Assembly: GCA_014905635.1 (NCBI GenBank)
Contig: JABVCE010000033.1
Location: 124,001-188,000, forward strand
DNA length: 64,000 nucleotides
Direction of reading: 5' to 3'
Source of the DNA: Scenedesmus sp. PABB004
Taxonomy: Eukaryota
A program made the translations under genes and the position numbers. Shown piece after piece: positions 1 through 13,640 of the stretch. The notes beneath the pieces were generated by a model that searched no databases, was not told the DNA's origin, and saw nothing but the letters and a program-made list of their open reading frames with translations. The stretch's first letter is position 1, and each line of letters opens with the position of its first letter.

Positions 1-341
1 TCACGGTGCTAAACTGCAGCGCAGTTCAGCAGCTCAGCGGGCGGCGCGGCGGCGCGCGCCCGCGCGCGCTCGGCGGCGCCGCGGCGCCCCGGCTGCTCGT
101 CGCGCGCCGCTGGCTGCAGGCCGAGGGGCAGGGCCCCGCCCGGCCGGCCGCAGGCGCCGCGCCGCACCTCGACGTCGGCCTCGCCGACGCCGGCCCAGCC
201 GGGCAGCGCTGCGCGGCAGATGGCCAGCATCTGCGCGTGCGCTGCGTCCCGCCCCGCCGCCAGCGACACGGAATCGTCCAGGAGAACTGGATGGTGCTGC
301 TGCTGCAGCGCCGGCGGCGCCGGCGGCGCCGCCACGGCCAT
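1..341 (-). CDS. Ethanolamine/choline kinase, 5' part (runs off window edge)
   Basis: Exon 341-168 MAVAAPP...MLAICRAALPGWAGVGEADVE, GT-AG intron 167-14, next exon begins FSTV(S). This resembles the kinase N-terminal '...C..L.PGW...F.V..VSGGITN' region. The catalytic domain lies outside the window. Confidence 0.6.
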
Positions 342-834
342 GCGGCAGCGGCGGCGCGCGGCGGGCGGCGGTGTGGTGCGGTCGCGGGATGGCGCTCAGG
401 AGCAAGCACAGGCTTGAGGGAGGCTGGGAGGTCGCGGTGGGCCGGCTGAACAAGCGGGAGCGCGGCCCTGGGCGCGGCTACAAGGCGTTGTTAGATGCCA
501 CGGCGCCTGAACCGCGCCCTGAACCGTCAGAGCGGGCCGCCAAGCGCGCAGAGCGGCGTACTGCGATCCGCACGGGCTGTTCTGGTGTGCGGCGTGGCTC
601 AGGGCGCGGGCCGGCGCAGCCCGCTGCTGCTGCCGCGGTGTGCGCCGCCACCCGGCCGGCGCCGTCCGGGCCGTCCGCGCGTTACCCGGCCCGCGCGCGC
701 TGCCGCACGGTGCTGCTCCTGCAGCGCCGCCGCCGCACGCCGGGTCCCGCCCGCGCTCCGGGTCCCGCCGCCGCTCCCGCCCGCTCCCGCCGCTGCTCAC
801 GCTTCCGGCTCCCCGCGTCCGCTGCTGCTGCTGC

Positions 835-1898
835 TCACGAGTCCGTGATGATGAGCTCCTTGAGCGCCCAGTCCTCGTAGCTGCGGGGAAAAGGAGGAGG
901 GGGGGGGGCAGCAGCGTGGCGGCGCGTCAGCAGCAGCCGGCGAGCGCGCGCCGCGTGTGAGCTCGCCGCGCCGCATCGCGCCGTGCCGGAGCGGCCGGCC
1001 GGCTGGCTGGCGCACCTGCCGTCCGGGAGGTACCGGCGGATGGTGAAGGGGATCTTCTTTTCCCGCAGCTCCTTCATCGCGATCTGCGGCGGCGCGGCGG
1101 CGCGCGGGTGGGCGACGATGAGCGGGCGCCGGTGCGCCAGCGCGCCGCGCAGCCGCCTGCCTGCGCGCCGGCCAGCGCCACGCGGGCCGGGCGGCCGCCG
1201 CGGGCGCCGCGCCGCACCTCGAGCGGGTCGGTCTCGTCGCCGGCGTCGACCATGATGGGCGCGTTCATGCTGCGGCGCGGCGCGGCGGCGCCGTCACCCA
1301 CCGCCGCCGGCTCGCCGGCTCGCCGCCGGCCCGCCCCGCCGCCACCGCCGCCGCCGCCCCCGGCGCTGGCGCGCTCGCGCTCGCGCGCACCTGATCTGCA
1401 GCGCGCGCGTGCCGAGCACGCGCGCGCGCTCGTATTTCGTGAGGTATCGCGTCGTCACGCGCTCGGCGACGCTGCGCGCGCGGCCCTCCATGCTGCCGCC
1501 GTCGGCGCCCTCCGCGAGCACCTCCATGCGGTCCTCGCCGTCGCCGCCGTCGTCGTCGCCGCCCTCGCCCGGCTGCGCGCGCGATTGCGCAGCGGCGGCG
1601 TCGGCAAGGCTGCGGCAGCAGCCGGCGGCCGCGGCGCCTGCCTCCCTGGCGCCCAGAAGGCCGCACTGCTGCTGCAGCTGGTCGGCCCCCTGATCCTCGG
1701 GAGCCTCAGCGCCCCCGCACCTCAGCAAAGGGGTCCTCCACGTCGGCGGGCTCGTCGCCGATGTCCATCCCATCCTCGCCCCTGCGGCCGCCGGCGCGGG
1801 TCAACATCTGGGCTCAGGCCGCGCCCCGAGCCGCGCTTGCACGCTCCGACAGCTCCCGCGGCCCCCCCTCACATGCCGCCCTCGTCGTAGTCCGCCAT
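835..1898 (-). CDS. RPB6: DNA-directed RNA polymerase I/II/III common subunit RPABC2/RPB6 (multi-exon)
   Basis: Spliced product [19 protein letters not shown]...[78 protein letters not shown], which is the RPB6 signature with an acidic N-terminus. Confidence 0.96.
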
Positions 1899-2525
1899 CG
1901 CCGCCGCCGGCGGCCGCCGCTGCTGCTGCTGCGCCGCCTGGCCGGGCTTCCCGCCGCTGACCGCGCCGCCGCGGGTGCGGCCTAATGGGAGCGCCTGGAG
2001 ACGCTAGAGCGACGCTTCGGCGGGCTGGATGGCGCAGGGAGCGCGGGCCGCCTCGCCTCGGGAGCGGCGCTCGCTGCGCCTTGACGCGGTCGTGTTGTGG
2101 TGGTGGCGCTGAGAGAGAGTGCAGCGCGCGTTGGGGCGGCGCGGCGCGGCCTGTGGGCTGTTTTGCGAAATGACATGCGGGCAAACGGGCGGGCTGTGCA
2201 GCGACAGGTGGCGCCTCCGCGCGCGCACGCGTGGCCAGGAGCACACCCGCACGGCCCGCCGCGTCTCCGGCCCACTGCAGCGGCGCCGCATCGCCCCGCG
2301 CGCCAGCCGGGCGGTGTTGAGCAGCTCGGGCCCTCCCGGCGCGCCGCGGAGCCCATGCGCGGACCGCTGGAGCACCCCCATCGCAACTAGGCGCACGCAG
2401 ACGCCGCCCGCAGCGCGGCGCACGCCCGGGCCGCCGGAGCGCCGCGCACGCGCGCGCATTCGCGGCGCGCCGCCGCCGCTGCCCCCGCCAGCCCCGCGCG
2501 CCGAGGCCGCGCGGACGCGGGCGCC

Positions 2526-5500
2526 ATGGAGAACATCAGGTGTGCACGTCACGCGCGGGGCCGCGCGCAGGCGCGCAGCGCGCGCGGCGCGCAACGGCGG
2601 CGGCAACCGCCGGCGCACGCGCGCGCCCGCGTGCCCCGCAGCGTGAGCGTGCGCGTGCGGCCGCTCAACCGCGCCGAGGCGGGCGACGGCTTCGCCTGGA
2701 AGATCGAGGGCAACAGCATGTTCCAGGTCGACCCCGCGACGCGCGAGCCGGAGCGCGCGCGCGACGCCAAGTACGCGCTCGACCACGTCTTCGGCCCCCA
2801 GCGCAGCACGCGCGAGATCTACGAGGTCACCACGCAGGGCCTCATCCGCAAGCTCGTCAACGGCTTCAACTCCACCGTCTTTGCGTACGGCCAGACGAGC
2901 AGCGGCAAGACGCACACGATGCGCGGCACGGCGGCCGAGCCCGGCATCATCACGCTCGCCGTGCAGGAGGTCTTCGGACTCATCGACTCCCTGCAGGACC
3001 GCGAGTTCCTGCTGCGCGTGTCGTACATGGAGGTGCGTACCTTACAAGGGGGTGGGAGGGAGGGTGACCGCGGGCGCCGGCGGCGGGCGTTGCGCGCCGC
3101 GCGCGGCTGCGCAACGCTCACCCCGGTCCGGACCGCGCCAACCGTGCGTCGCGGCGCAGCTGTACAACGAGGACATCAACGACCTGCTCGCGCCGGAGAA
3201 CCTCAAGCTCCCCATCCACGAGTCCAAGGAGAGCGGCGTGTACGTCGCGGGGCTGCGCGAGGACATCGTGGTGTCCACAGAGCAGGCGCGCCGCGCGCCG
3301 CGCGCCGCGCGCCGCGCGCCGCGCGCCCTGCAGGGCTGCTGCAGGGCTGCTGCGCCGCGCGGCGTGCGCCCCTGGGCGCCGCGCGCGCCCTGCGCGCGTG
3401 CGTGCGCGTCGCCGGCGCCGCCGGCTGAGAGCCCGGCCGCTGCCGCCGGCGCTGCGTGTGGCGCGCCGCGTTGCGCTGCAGGTGCTGGACCTCATCCGGC
3501 AGGGCGAGGCGAACCGCCACATCGGCGCGACCAAGATGAACGAGGGCAGCAGCCGCAGCCACACCGTGTTCCGCATGGTGCGCGCGCGGCGCGCCGTGCG
3601 CGCCGGCCGACCTGCGCGGCGCGCCGCGGCGCGGCGCGCGCCCCGGCCCGACCGCCGCCGCGGCGCCCGCCCGCCCGCGCGCGCGCGCGCCGCAGGTCAT
3701 CGAGTCGCGCGCGCGCGCCGACCCCGGCGCGGAGGAGCCCGAGGCGGCCGCGCCCGACGCGGGCGCGATCCTGGTGTCGACGCTGACGCTGGTCGACCTC
3801 GCCGGCAGCGAGCGCGTGGCCAAGACGGGCGCGGAGGGCATCCGCATGAAGGAGGGCACCGCCATCAACAAGAGCCTCCTCACGCTCGGCAACGTCATCA
3901 ACAAGCTCAGCGAGGGCGTCGCCGCCGCGGGTGCGCCGCGCGGGCGCGGGCGCGGGCGCGGGACGCGGGCGCGGGCGCGGGCGGGCGGGGGCCTCTGCTC
4001 TGCGCGGCGGGGGCCGGCGCCGCGGGCGCTGACGCGCGGCCGTGCTCGCGCGCCGCCCCCCGTTTGCGGCGCAGGCGGGCACATCCCGTACCGCGACTCC
4101 AAGCTCACGCGCATCCTGCAGCCCTCGCTCGGCGGCAACGCCAAGACCGCGATCATCTGCAACGTCACGCCCGCGGGCGTCCACGTCGAGGAGAGCCACT
4201 CGACGCTGCGCTTCGCGTGCCGCGCCAAGCGCGTGGTCAACAACGCCGTCGTCAACGAGGTGCTCTCCGACGCCGCGGTGCTCAAGCGGCAGGCCAACGA
4301 GATCGCGGAGCTGCGCCGCGCGCTCGCGGCGGGCGGGTGCGCGGCCGGCGCGCGGCCGCGGGCGTGCGGCTGCGGCCGCCCGCGATCGCCGCGCGCGCGC
4401 GCGCGCGTGCGCGCAGCCGGGGGCCGGCCCCGCGCGGCCGCCCACGCGCCCCCGCCGCGCGCCGCGCGCCCGCCCGGCGGCCGCGCAGCAACGCGGACGT
4501 GGAGGAGCAGATCGGGCACCTGCGCGCGCAGCTGCTGCGCAGCGAGCAGGACAACGAGCTCATGCGCATCAAGCTCGAGACAGAGACGGCGGAGCGCGAG
4601 AAGGCGCAGAAGCAGGTCCGGCCTGAGCTGACGCCGCGAGCTGACGCCTGCTAGCGCCGCGCGCCGGCGGCCCTGCGCCGCCGCGCGCCGCGCGTGGCGT
4701 GCGCTGCTGCCCCGGCTGAGCCGCTCATGGCCGGCCCTGCTGTCGTGTGTGTGACCTGCCATGCCCTATCATGCCCTGTCGTGTGTGTGCTCAGGTGGAG
4801 ATGGCCAAGAAGATAATGTTTGAGCAGGCCAAGGAGGACGGCGCGCCGTTGCGCAAGAGCAGCCGGCGCGAGACGTGGTGCCCCGGCCGCTCCGCGTGGG
4901 GGCCGCCGCTCGCGGGTGCGCGCGCGCCGCGACTGCGCGTGCCGGCGACGGCCCGGCCGGGGCGCGCGCCGCCGGGAGCGCGGGCTGCTGACGAGCTGCC
5001 GACGCCGCCGCCGCCCTCCGGCGCACAGACGGCACCAACCGCAAGCGCCCGCTTCAGGCGCTGAGCGTGCTTGACGAGGAGGGCGCTGAGCGCAGCCTCC
5101 TGATGTCGGCGCTGGTGGAGGAGGGCGACGAGGGCGCGTCGGAGCATCGCGCGCAGCGCGCGCGCCGCAGCGACGGCGACGAGGCCTCGTCCGGCGAGCG
5201 CGACGACGACTCCGAGGCGCCCGGCCCGCTGCTGCCGGCGTCGGTGCACGTCCGCAAGTCGTCCGTCGCGGGCGGCCGGGTGCGCGAGGAGCGCCGCCGC
5301 CGCCACCGAGCGCGCGCGCCCCGCCGCCGCCCGCCCACACCGTCCGCTGCCCGCACCCGTGCCCGCCCGCGCGCCACAGCTCAACTCGGAGCTGGTTGAG
5401 GCGCTGCAGGCGCGCGTGCGCGAGCTGGAGGCGGACTCCGAGGCGGGCAAGGCGGAGCTGGTCGCCGCGCTGCAGCGCGTGGCCGGCCAGGAGGCGGCGC

Positions 5501-8500
5501 TGAGGCGAGCGGCGAGCACCGCGCAGGAGCCCGCAGCCCGCGGCGCTGGGCCGCCGCGGCGGCCTGTCCCGCCCGCCAACGCCGCCGCCAACGCCGCCAC
5601 GCCGCCGCTGCGCAGCACCGCCGGCGCCGAGGCCGAGGCGCTCGCCGCCGCCAAGGAGGAGCTCGCAGCGGCCGTGCAGGCGCTGACCGCCGACAAGGGC
5701 CAGCTGGTGCCGCAGCTGGAGCAGGCGCGCTGGCAGGCGCGGCAGCTCGAGCGCAAGGTGGAGGAGGCGGCTGCGGCCCGCGCGGCGGCGGAGCAGGTGC
5801 GGGCTGCGGCGGCGACCGGCTCGGCGCGGCGCAGGCTGCCGCGCTGCGCCGCGCCCCGAGCGCCGACGCGCCGACGCGCCGCGCCCCGCCGCCGCTGCCG
5901 CAGGCGCTCGCCGACACGCAGGCCGGCGTGCAGGGCGCGACGGTGGCGGTCGAGGAGCGCGCGGCGGCGCTGGCGAGCCAGGTCGAGGAGCTGGCGGCTG
6001 AGAACGCGCGGCTCAAGGAGGCGGCCAAGGAGGCCGCCGCGGAGCGCCTGGACCTGCAGGGCCAGCTCGAGGTGCAGGCCACGCAGGTCGCGATGCTTGA
6101 GGCCCGCGACAAGGGCCACGAGGCCGCCCTGTCCGAGGCGGCGGCGCGGACCAAGGAGAAGGCCGCGGAGCTGGAGCGCGTCGCGAAGCAGCTCCAGGTG
6201 TGGGCGGGAGCAGCGCGCGCTGCTCGCTTGCGGCGCGCCGGCTGCGCGCGCCGGTTGGCGACGCCCGCGCATCCACCCGGCGCCGCGCGCCCCGCGCAGG
6301 CCACGGCCGACAAGCTGGAGGAGGTGGAGGAGCGCGGTCGGGAGCTGTACGACTGCAACCAGCGCCTCGAGTCTCACATCCATGACCTGGAGAGCCGCAA
6401 GCGCGCGCCGCTCTACCAGCGGCGGCAGGAGGAGGAGCTCAGGGCCGCCCTGGAGAAGGCGGTCGACGCCGAGTCGCGCGCGCACGAGGCCGAGCTGCGC
6501 GCCAAGGAGGCCAAGGCGCGGCGGGCGCGCTGCGCCGCAGCGCGTGCACCGCGCCGCGGGCTGCGTACGGCGGCGCTGCACAGGCGGCAGGCAGGCAGCG
6601 CGGGGATGATTGCGTCGCCCGCCCGCCTGCGCGCCCGCCGCCGCCGCCGCGCAGGAGGCGCTCGAGGCGGCGGGCAAGGAGGCGGAGGAGCTGCGCGAGG
6701 CGCTCGCGGGCGCGGCGGCGGGCGCCGCCGAAGAGGCGACCAAGGCGGCCGAGGCGCACGCGCTGGAGCTGCAGAAGCTCGCGGTGGAGCGCACCAAGCT
6801 GGAGGTGCGCGTGCGGCTGCCCGCGGGCCAACGCCTAAGCAGCCGGCGAGCGCGGTGAGCCGCCGCTGCTGACCCCGCGCGCGCGCGCATGCGCGCGCGC
6901 GTTGCTGCACAGACCACGCACGCCGACGCGCTGGCGAGCCTGGAGGCCGACGTCCAGCGCGCGGCGGAGGCGCACGAGGCGCTGCAGCAGCAGCTCGCGG
7001 CGCAGGAGGCGGCCATGGCGGAGCACACGGCGGAGCTGGAGGCGGTGCAGGCGACCGTGGCCGACCTGCAGGCCCAGCTCAGTGCGTCGCAGCGCGCCGC
7101 GCCTCGCTCCCCTGGCTGCTGGCCGGGCGCCGCGGCGCCGCCGGCCGGGCGCTGACCGCCCCTGCCTGCCCCGCCGCCCGGTGCCGCCCTCTCGCCGCAG
7201 GCGAGAGCCAGGCCTGCGCCGCCGCGGCCAAGGAGCGCATCGAGGTTCTGGAGGGCGAGGCCGAGGCGGCCGCCGCGGAGCACCAGGAGGCGCTCGACGC
7301 TGCGGCCAAGGCCCTCGCGGACGCGCAGGAGGCGGCGGTGGCGGCCGCAGAGGCGGCCGCGGCCGCGGCGGCGGCGCAGCTGGCCGAGGCGGGCAAGGCG
7401 CGCGAGGCGGAGGTCGGCAGGGTGCAGGCGGAGCTCGCGGCCGTGAAGGTGGGCGCCTGCGGCGCGCGCTGCTCGCTCCTCTGTCCCGCCGCTGCGCAAG
7501 CGTGCGCCGCGCCGCGCCGCGCCGCGCCGCGCCGGGCGCGCGCGCCCCAAGCCGCCCCCCCCCCCCCCCCCCCCCCGCCCCCCGCCCGCCCGCCGCGCGT
7601 GCGTCCGCGCAGACCGCGGCCGAGGCGGAGGTCGCGCAGCTGCAGGCGAGCCTGGACAGCACGAGCGAGCTGCTTAAGCGGGCCATGGAGACGGCGACGA
7701 CGGTGCAGGCCGAGGCCGCGGCGGCGCAGGCCGAGGCGGCCAAGGAGGTGGAGGCCATGAAGGCGCGCCTCGCCGAGGCGGCGGGCGTGCTCAACGCCAA
7801 GGAGGAGCTGCGCGAGGCCAGGTGAGGCCGGGCGCCGCGGTGCAAGAGTGCTGTGTTGTGAGTGTGCGCGTGGACGGCGGGGGGGGGGGTGCGCTGCGGG
7901 GAGCCCGACCTGAGCATGCCGCCGCCGCGCCGGGCCCGCGCCCGCGCCCGCGTCTGGTCCAGGGTGGCGCACAAGAAGGAGCTGGCGGCGCTGAAGCTGG
8001 AGATGGCCAAGCTCACGCAGGAGAGCCGCAGCGGGCAGAAGGGCAAGGACGTGGCCGCGAAGGAGCTGGAGGGCGCCAAGAAGAAGCTACAGGACGCCGA
8101 GGCCAAGCTCAAGGTCGTCACCGCCGACAAGCAGTCCGCGCTGCAGGTGCCGCGCCCGCCCGCGCGCGACGGGCGAGGGCCAGCGAGACAGGCGGCGCAC
8201 CGCCGCGCGCACGCGGCGGGCGAGCGGCCGCCGAGCGTGCGCGCCGCCGCGGCCGCGCAGGACAAGGCCAACTTGGAGCGCCAGCTGAAGCAGCTGAACA
8301 GCCGCTCCAGCCTGCTCGAGAAAAACCTGGAGAAGAAGGACGCCCAGGTGGGGCGGCGGCGATGTCACCAGCCGGCGCGACGCTGGCCGCCTGGGGGCGC
8401 GGCGGCCGGCTCCCTAACCATGCTGGGCGCGGCGAGCAGCGAGCGCGGCCGCGCGCGGGCCCCACACACTGCGGCACGCGCGCCGCCCGCGCCGCGGCCG

Positions 8501-11500
8501 CAGGCGGAGAAGCGGCGCGAGAGCATCATGGTGGGGCTCAACAAGACGCGCGACGCGCTGGGGCAGAGCGAGGAGCGCATCAAGCAGCTGACGCTGGACG
8601 TGCAGCGCACGCAGATGGACCTGCTCGCCAAGACGGGTGCGGCAGCGGCGCCGCGCACCGCCGCGCGCCGCTCGCCGCCTGCGTGCGCGGCGCGGCGCGG
8701 CGCGCCCACGCCCCGGCGCCGCGCCCCGGCGCCCGCCGCGCCGGCCGCACCGCAGGCGAGTGCTCGTCGCTGGAGAAGCAGCTCGCCGAGGTCACCGCGT
8801 CCGAGGCGGGCCTCGCCAAGACTGTGGCGGGCCTGCAGTCCAAGCTGGCCGAGCTGGAGGAGCTGCTGGCGAGCACGACGGCCAAGCGCGACGAGCTCGC
8901 GGGTGCGTTTGCATGCGCGCACGCGCCGGCGCCCCGCCGCCGGCTGCCCCGGCAGCCGCGCGCCGACGCCCCTCGCCCGCCGCGCCGCAGGCACCGTGGT
9001 GTCGCTCACCGACCAGCTCGCGACGCTCGAGGCGTCGTCCGCCACGCTCGACAACAGCCTGAGGGAGCTGCAGCAGGAGCACGCCGGCGTGTGCGGCGAG
9101 AAGCAGGGCCTCGCGGAGCAGCTGACGGCGCTGACCACGGCGCACAAGGCGCTGGGCGCCGCCAAGGAGGCGGCGGACGGCGAGCTGTGCGCGCTGCGCC
9201 CCGCGCACGCCGAGCTGGAGGCGATGCACGCCAAGGCGTCCGCCGAGCTGGCCAGCACCAAGGCCGCGCTGCACAAGTCGCAGGAGGCGCGCGTGCACGC
9301 CGAGGTGCGCCGCGGGCGCCCGCCGCACCGCGCCGCGCCCGGGCACCTGCCGCGCGCGTGCGGCGCCCCGACACCGCCCGCCCTGCGCCGCCGCCAGGGG
9401 CGACTGCCCGAGATTGATGTGCTGCAGAGGCAGATCAGCAAGGCGCACGAGGAGCTCAGCGACCTGCGGTTCAAGCTCGAGGAGCAGCGCGCGGGCGCGG
9501 CGGCCAAGGAGCAGGTGCGGCGCGGACGGCGCGCGCGCTGCGTCCGCCGTCGCGCCCGCGGCTCGAGCGCGCCCCCCGCGCCCCCGTCCCCCGCAGGCGC
9601 TGCAGGCGGACAAGCAGTCGCTGGAGAGCCAGCTCGAGGCGGCCACGCACGCGCGCGAGCGCCTGCAGCTCGAGGCCAGCGCCGCGACCAGCCGCGCGGG
9701 GCAGCACGAGAAGCAGCTGGAGGAGCTGTATGAGCTCTGCACCTCGCTACAGGGTGGGGTGCGCGCCCGCGCGGCGGCCGGCAGCGCCGCTAGCAGCGCC
9801 CCCCTGCTCCCACACGCCGCCGCCGGCACCGCGCCGATCTGACCGCCGCGCCGCCCTGACCGCCGCGCGGCCGCGGCGCTCGCGCGCAGGCAAGCTGCAG
9901 GGCGTGATGGATGACAAGGCCGCCCTGGAGCTGCGCCTGGATAACCTTGGCGGCGAGCTGGCCAAGGCCAAGGCGGCGCTGGCCGAGGCCGAGGCGCGCG
10001 CCGGCCAGCACCAGGTGCGGCGCGCGCCGCGGCCGGCGGGCAGGCGGGCGCGGGCGGGGGCGCGGCCGCACGCACGCCCGCGGCGGCCGACCCGCCGCGC
10101 TGCCGCCGCGCGGCGCGCGCAGGACGCCGCCGAGGGGCTAAAGGCCCAGCTCGGCCAGGCGCAGGCGGCCGCGTCCGAGGCGGCCGAGGCGCTGGCGGCC
10201 AAGGAGGGGGAGGCGGCGCGCCTGCGCGCGAGCGGCGGCGCCGAGGTCGCGGCGTGGCAGGCCAAGGTCGAGGAGCTCAAGGCGGTGAGCACGGCGCGCA
10301 CGCCCGGCGCCTGCCCGCCGTGCCGGCCGCCGCCGGCCGCCCTGCCCGAGCGCGTGCGTCTGCGCCCGCCCCGCCCCGCCGCAGGCGCACTTGGCGGCGG
10401 CTGCGGAGCTGCAGGGCCAGCTCGACGCGGCGTACACCGAGCTCAGCGAGCTGCAGTTTGCCAGCGACCAGGACAAGGTGGCCCTGGAGGCCGCGGCGGC
10501 GGCGGCCAAGGAGGCACTCCAGGTGCGCCGCCGCGCTGGCTGGCTCCCGCGCTGGGCGCGGGCACGACGTGGGCGGGCCTCCGGCGGGCCAGCGGCTGCG
10601 GGCCGCCGGGATGACGACCGCCGTCGCCGACCGCGCGCGCCGTGTTGTCGCAGGCGGCGGAGGCCAAGCTGGCGGCGGGGCAGAGCGCCGCGGCGGCCGG
10701 CAGCGAGGCCGCGGCCACGCTGCAGGCGCAGCTCGACGAGCTGCGCGCCGACCACGACACGGCGCAGGCGAGCGTGGAGCAGCTGAGCGCGGCGCTCGAG
10801 GCCGCCAACGCGCAGCTCACGGCTGCGGCGGACGAGCGCGAGGGCGCCGCGGCCCGCGCGGAGGCGCTGGCCACGCAGCTGGCCGAGGCACAGCAGGAGC
10901 TGTCCAGGGTGCAGGGCGAGGCCGGCCAGCTGAGCGGCGTGCAGGCGGGGGCCGACCTGGCGCGCGAGCAGCTCGCCGCGGCCGTCGCCGAGCAGGAGGA
11001 GGCGCGCGCGCTGCTGGTGGAGCAGGAGGCGCAGCTGGCGCAGCTGCGCGAGGCGTGCGCGGCGGCCGAGGCGGAGGCCGCGGCGGCGGCGGCCCGCGCG
11101 GCCGCCCTGGAGCAGGCGTGCGCGGACGCCGCGGGGCAGCAGGCGCAGCTCGAGGCCGCTGCGGCTGCGGCCGCGGCCGCGGCCGCGGCGGCGCCCGCGG
11201 TGGGCGCCGACGAGCTCGCCGCGCTGCGCGAGCAGGCGGCCGCCGCCGACGCGCTGCGCGGCGAGGTCGCGGCGCTGCAGGGCTCGCTCACGTCGCTGCA
11301 GGCAGAGGCCGCGGCGGGCCTGGGCGAGGCGACGCTGGGCCTGGGCGCGCGGCTGCTCGACCCGAACACCCCCGCGCGCAGCCGTGACCACCTCAAGTGG
11401 GAGCTCGGCAGCATCGGCGACGAGCTCCGCGCGGCAGAGGCGCGGCGCAAGGCCGCCGAGGCGGCGCTGGCCGCGCGGGACGCGCAGCTCGAGGACCTGG

Positions 11501-13640
11501 CCGTGCAGGCGGCGGCGCTGCAGGAGCAGCTGGACGACGCGCTGCGGCGCGCCGGCCCGGCGGCGTCGTACGCTGCCGTGCTGCGCGGCGACGAGGCTGC
11601 GACGCCGGCGGCGGCCGGCAGCGACGCGGCCGTGCTGGCGGCGATGGAGGCGGAGATCGGCGCGCTGCGCGCGCAGGCGGCCGCTGACGCGGGCGAGGTG
11701 TCGCGCCTCGCCGCCGCGCTCGCCGCGGCGGGCGGCGGCGGCGACGCACTCGAGCGGCAGCGCGCTGACGCGGCCGGCCAGGCGGCGGCGCTGGAGGCGC
11801 AGGTCGCGCAGCTCACGGCGCGCTGCGCCGCGCTGCAGGCGGCCGCCGAGCAGGCCGGCGCGGAGGGCGCGTCGCTGGCCTCCCTGCAGGCCGCGCTCGC
11901 GGCGGCGGAGGAGGCCAACGGCCAGCTGCAGGACGCGGCGGAGCAGGAGCAGCAGCGGCGCGAGGCGGCCACGCAGGAGGTGCAGCGGCTCCAGGCCGCC
12001 GCGGCCGACGCGCAGGACCTGCGCGCCGCGGTGGCGACGCTGACCGCCGAGAACCAGCAGGTGCGCGGCCGGCGCCGCGCGCGCAGCAGAAAGCCCTTGC
12101 GCCTGCGGCGCCGCGCGCGCAGCAGAAAGCCCTTGCGCCTGCGGCGCCGCGCGAGAGGTCGGCCGACGAGCCCCGCCGCCCCGCCCGCCCCGGCCCGACC
12201 GCCAGATCAAGGAGCAGCTGCTGGCGCTGCAGGCGGGCGCCGCGTCGGAGGCGGCGCTGCGGCAGCAGCTCGCAGCGCAGGGTGCGCTGGTCGCGCAGCT
12301 GCAGTCGCGGGCGGCCGAGCTCGCGGCGGCGGCCGAGGGCGGCGAGGCGGCGGCCGACGCGGCGGAGGGCGCGTGCAGGGCGCTGCAGCAGCAGCTCGCG
12401 GACGCCAACGCGCGGCACAACCAGGAGGTGCAGCAGCACAAGTGAGCGAGGCGCTCTGGCGCGCGGCGGCGCGGCTGCCTCGGCTGCGCGCGCGGGCTGC
12501 ATCATCCAGCCCCTGCTTTCGTCTGACCCGCCGCCGCCGCCGCCGCCCCGCCAGCGCCGCGGTGGAGCGGCTGCAGGGCCAGATCGCCGCGCTGCAGGCC
12601 AAGGGCGCGGCGGAGGCGGAGGCGCTGCTCGCGCGCGACGCGCACGCGGAGAAGCAGGTCGAGGTGCTGCAGGCCGAGCTGGCGCGCCTGCGCGGCGGCA
12701 ACCGCACCGAGAGCCTCGCGGCGCTGCACGACGAGGCGCTCCAGGAGGTGGGGCGCAACGCGGGGGGAGGTTGCGGAGTTGGGCGGGGAGCGCGCGGGCG
12801 CTCGTCCCGCGTCGCGAGCCGCCGCCGGCGGTCCTGACGCGCCGCGCCCCGCCGCGCCGCGCGACGACGCGTGCACAGGTGAAGCAGCTCGCCGAGGCCA
12901 AGCAGGCGGAGCTCAACGCCAAGGTGCTGCAGCTGGAGAGCCACATCCACTGGCTGCAGGCCGACAACGAGCGCATGCAGGTCGAGCTGCGCGGCGCGCA
13001 CGACGACGCGCCGCCCGGCGGCGGGCCCGCGCCCGGCGCCGCCCCGGCGGCCGCCGACCTCGCGGTGCGTGTGGTCCGAGCCCGAGCGCGCGCGGGCCCG
13101 CGCCCGCCCCGCTGAGCGCCGCGGCCCCCCGCTGAGCGCCGCGCCCGCCCGCCGCGCAGGCGCGCGTCGCTGCGCTGGAGGCCGACCTGCGCCAGTCGAA
13201 GCGCGCCGAGACCAAGCTGCACGCCCTGCTGTACCGCCTGCGCGAGGACGTGTCGGCCGCGGCGGCCGACCCAGGGCTCTTTGAGCGCTTGCGGGACGTG
13301 CGGGGCCTCGAGTATGAGTTGGACTGCGTGACCAACAAGTGCAAGGCGCGTGCTGCGCGCGCTGCGGCGCTGCGCATGCTGCGGCGACGCGGGCAGAGGG
13401 GCGCGCGCGCGCGCGGCGCCGGGGCTGGCCGGCTGGGGCGGGGCGCGCGCCTGACCAGCCCCGCCGCGCTGGGCGCTCCGCTCCCCGCAGAAGTACGAGC
13501 GCTACATCCGCACGATGCAGGCCCAGGCGGCGGCGGCGCCGGCGGTGGGCAAGGCGGGCGCGGAGGGCGGCGCGGGCGCGCGCGGGCCGGCGGCGGCGGA
13601 CAAGGAGAACGTGGGGCTGCAGAGCCGCACCAACCGGTGA
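2526..13640 (+). CDS. Kinesin-7 / CENP-E-like motor with very long coiled-coil tail (~32 exons)
   Basis: [14 protein letters not shown]-loop [52 protein letters not shown], neck [13 protein letters not shown] and RRETWCPG. About 31 in-phase introns join coiled-coil exons to the stop TGA at 13638-13640 (...[13 protein letters not shown]). Confidence 0.9.
12070..12153. repeat. 36-bp tandem duplication (2.3 copies) inside a kinesin intron
   Basis: CGGCGCCGCGCGCGCAGCAGAAAGCCCTTGCGCCTG at 12070 and 12106, with a partial third copy at 12142. Confidence 0.9.
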
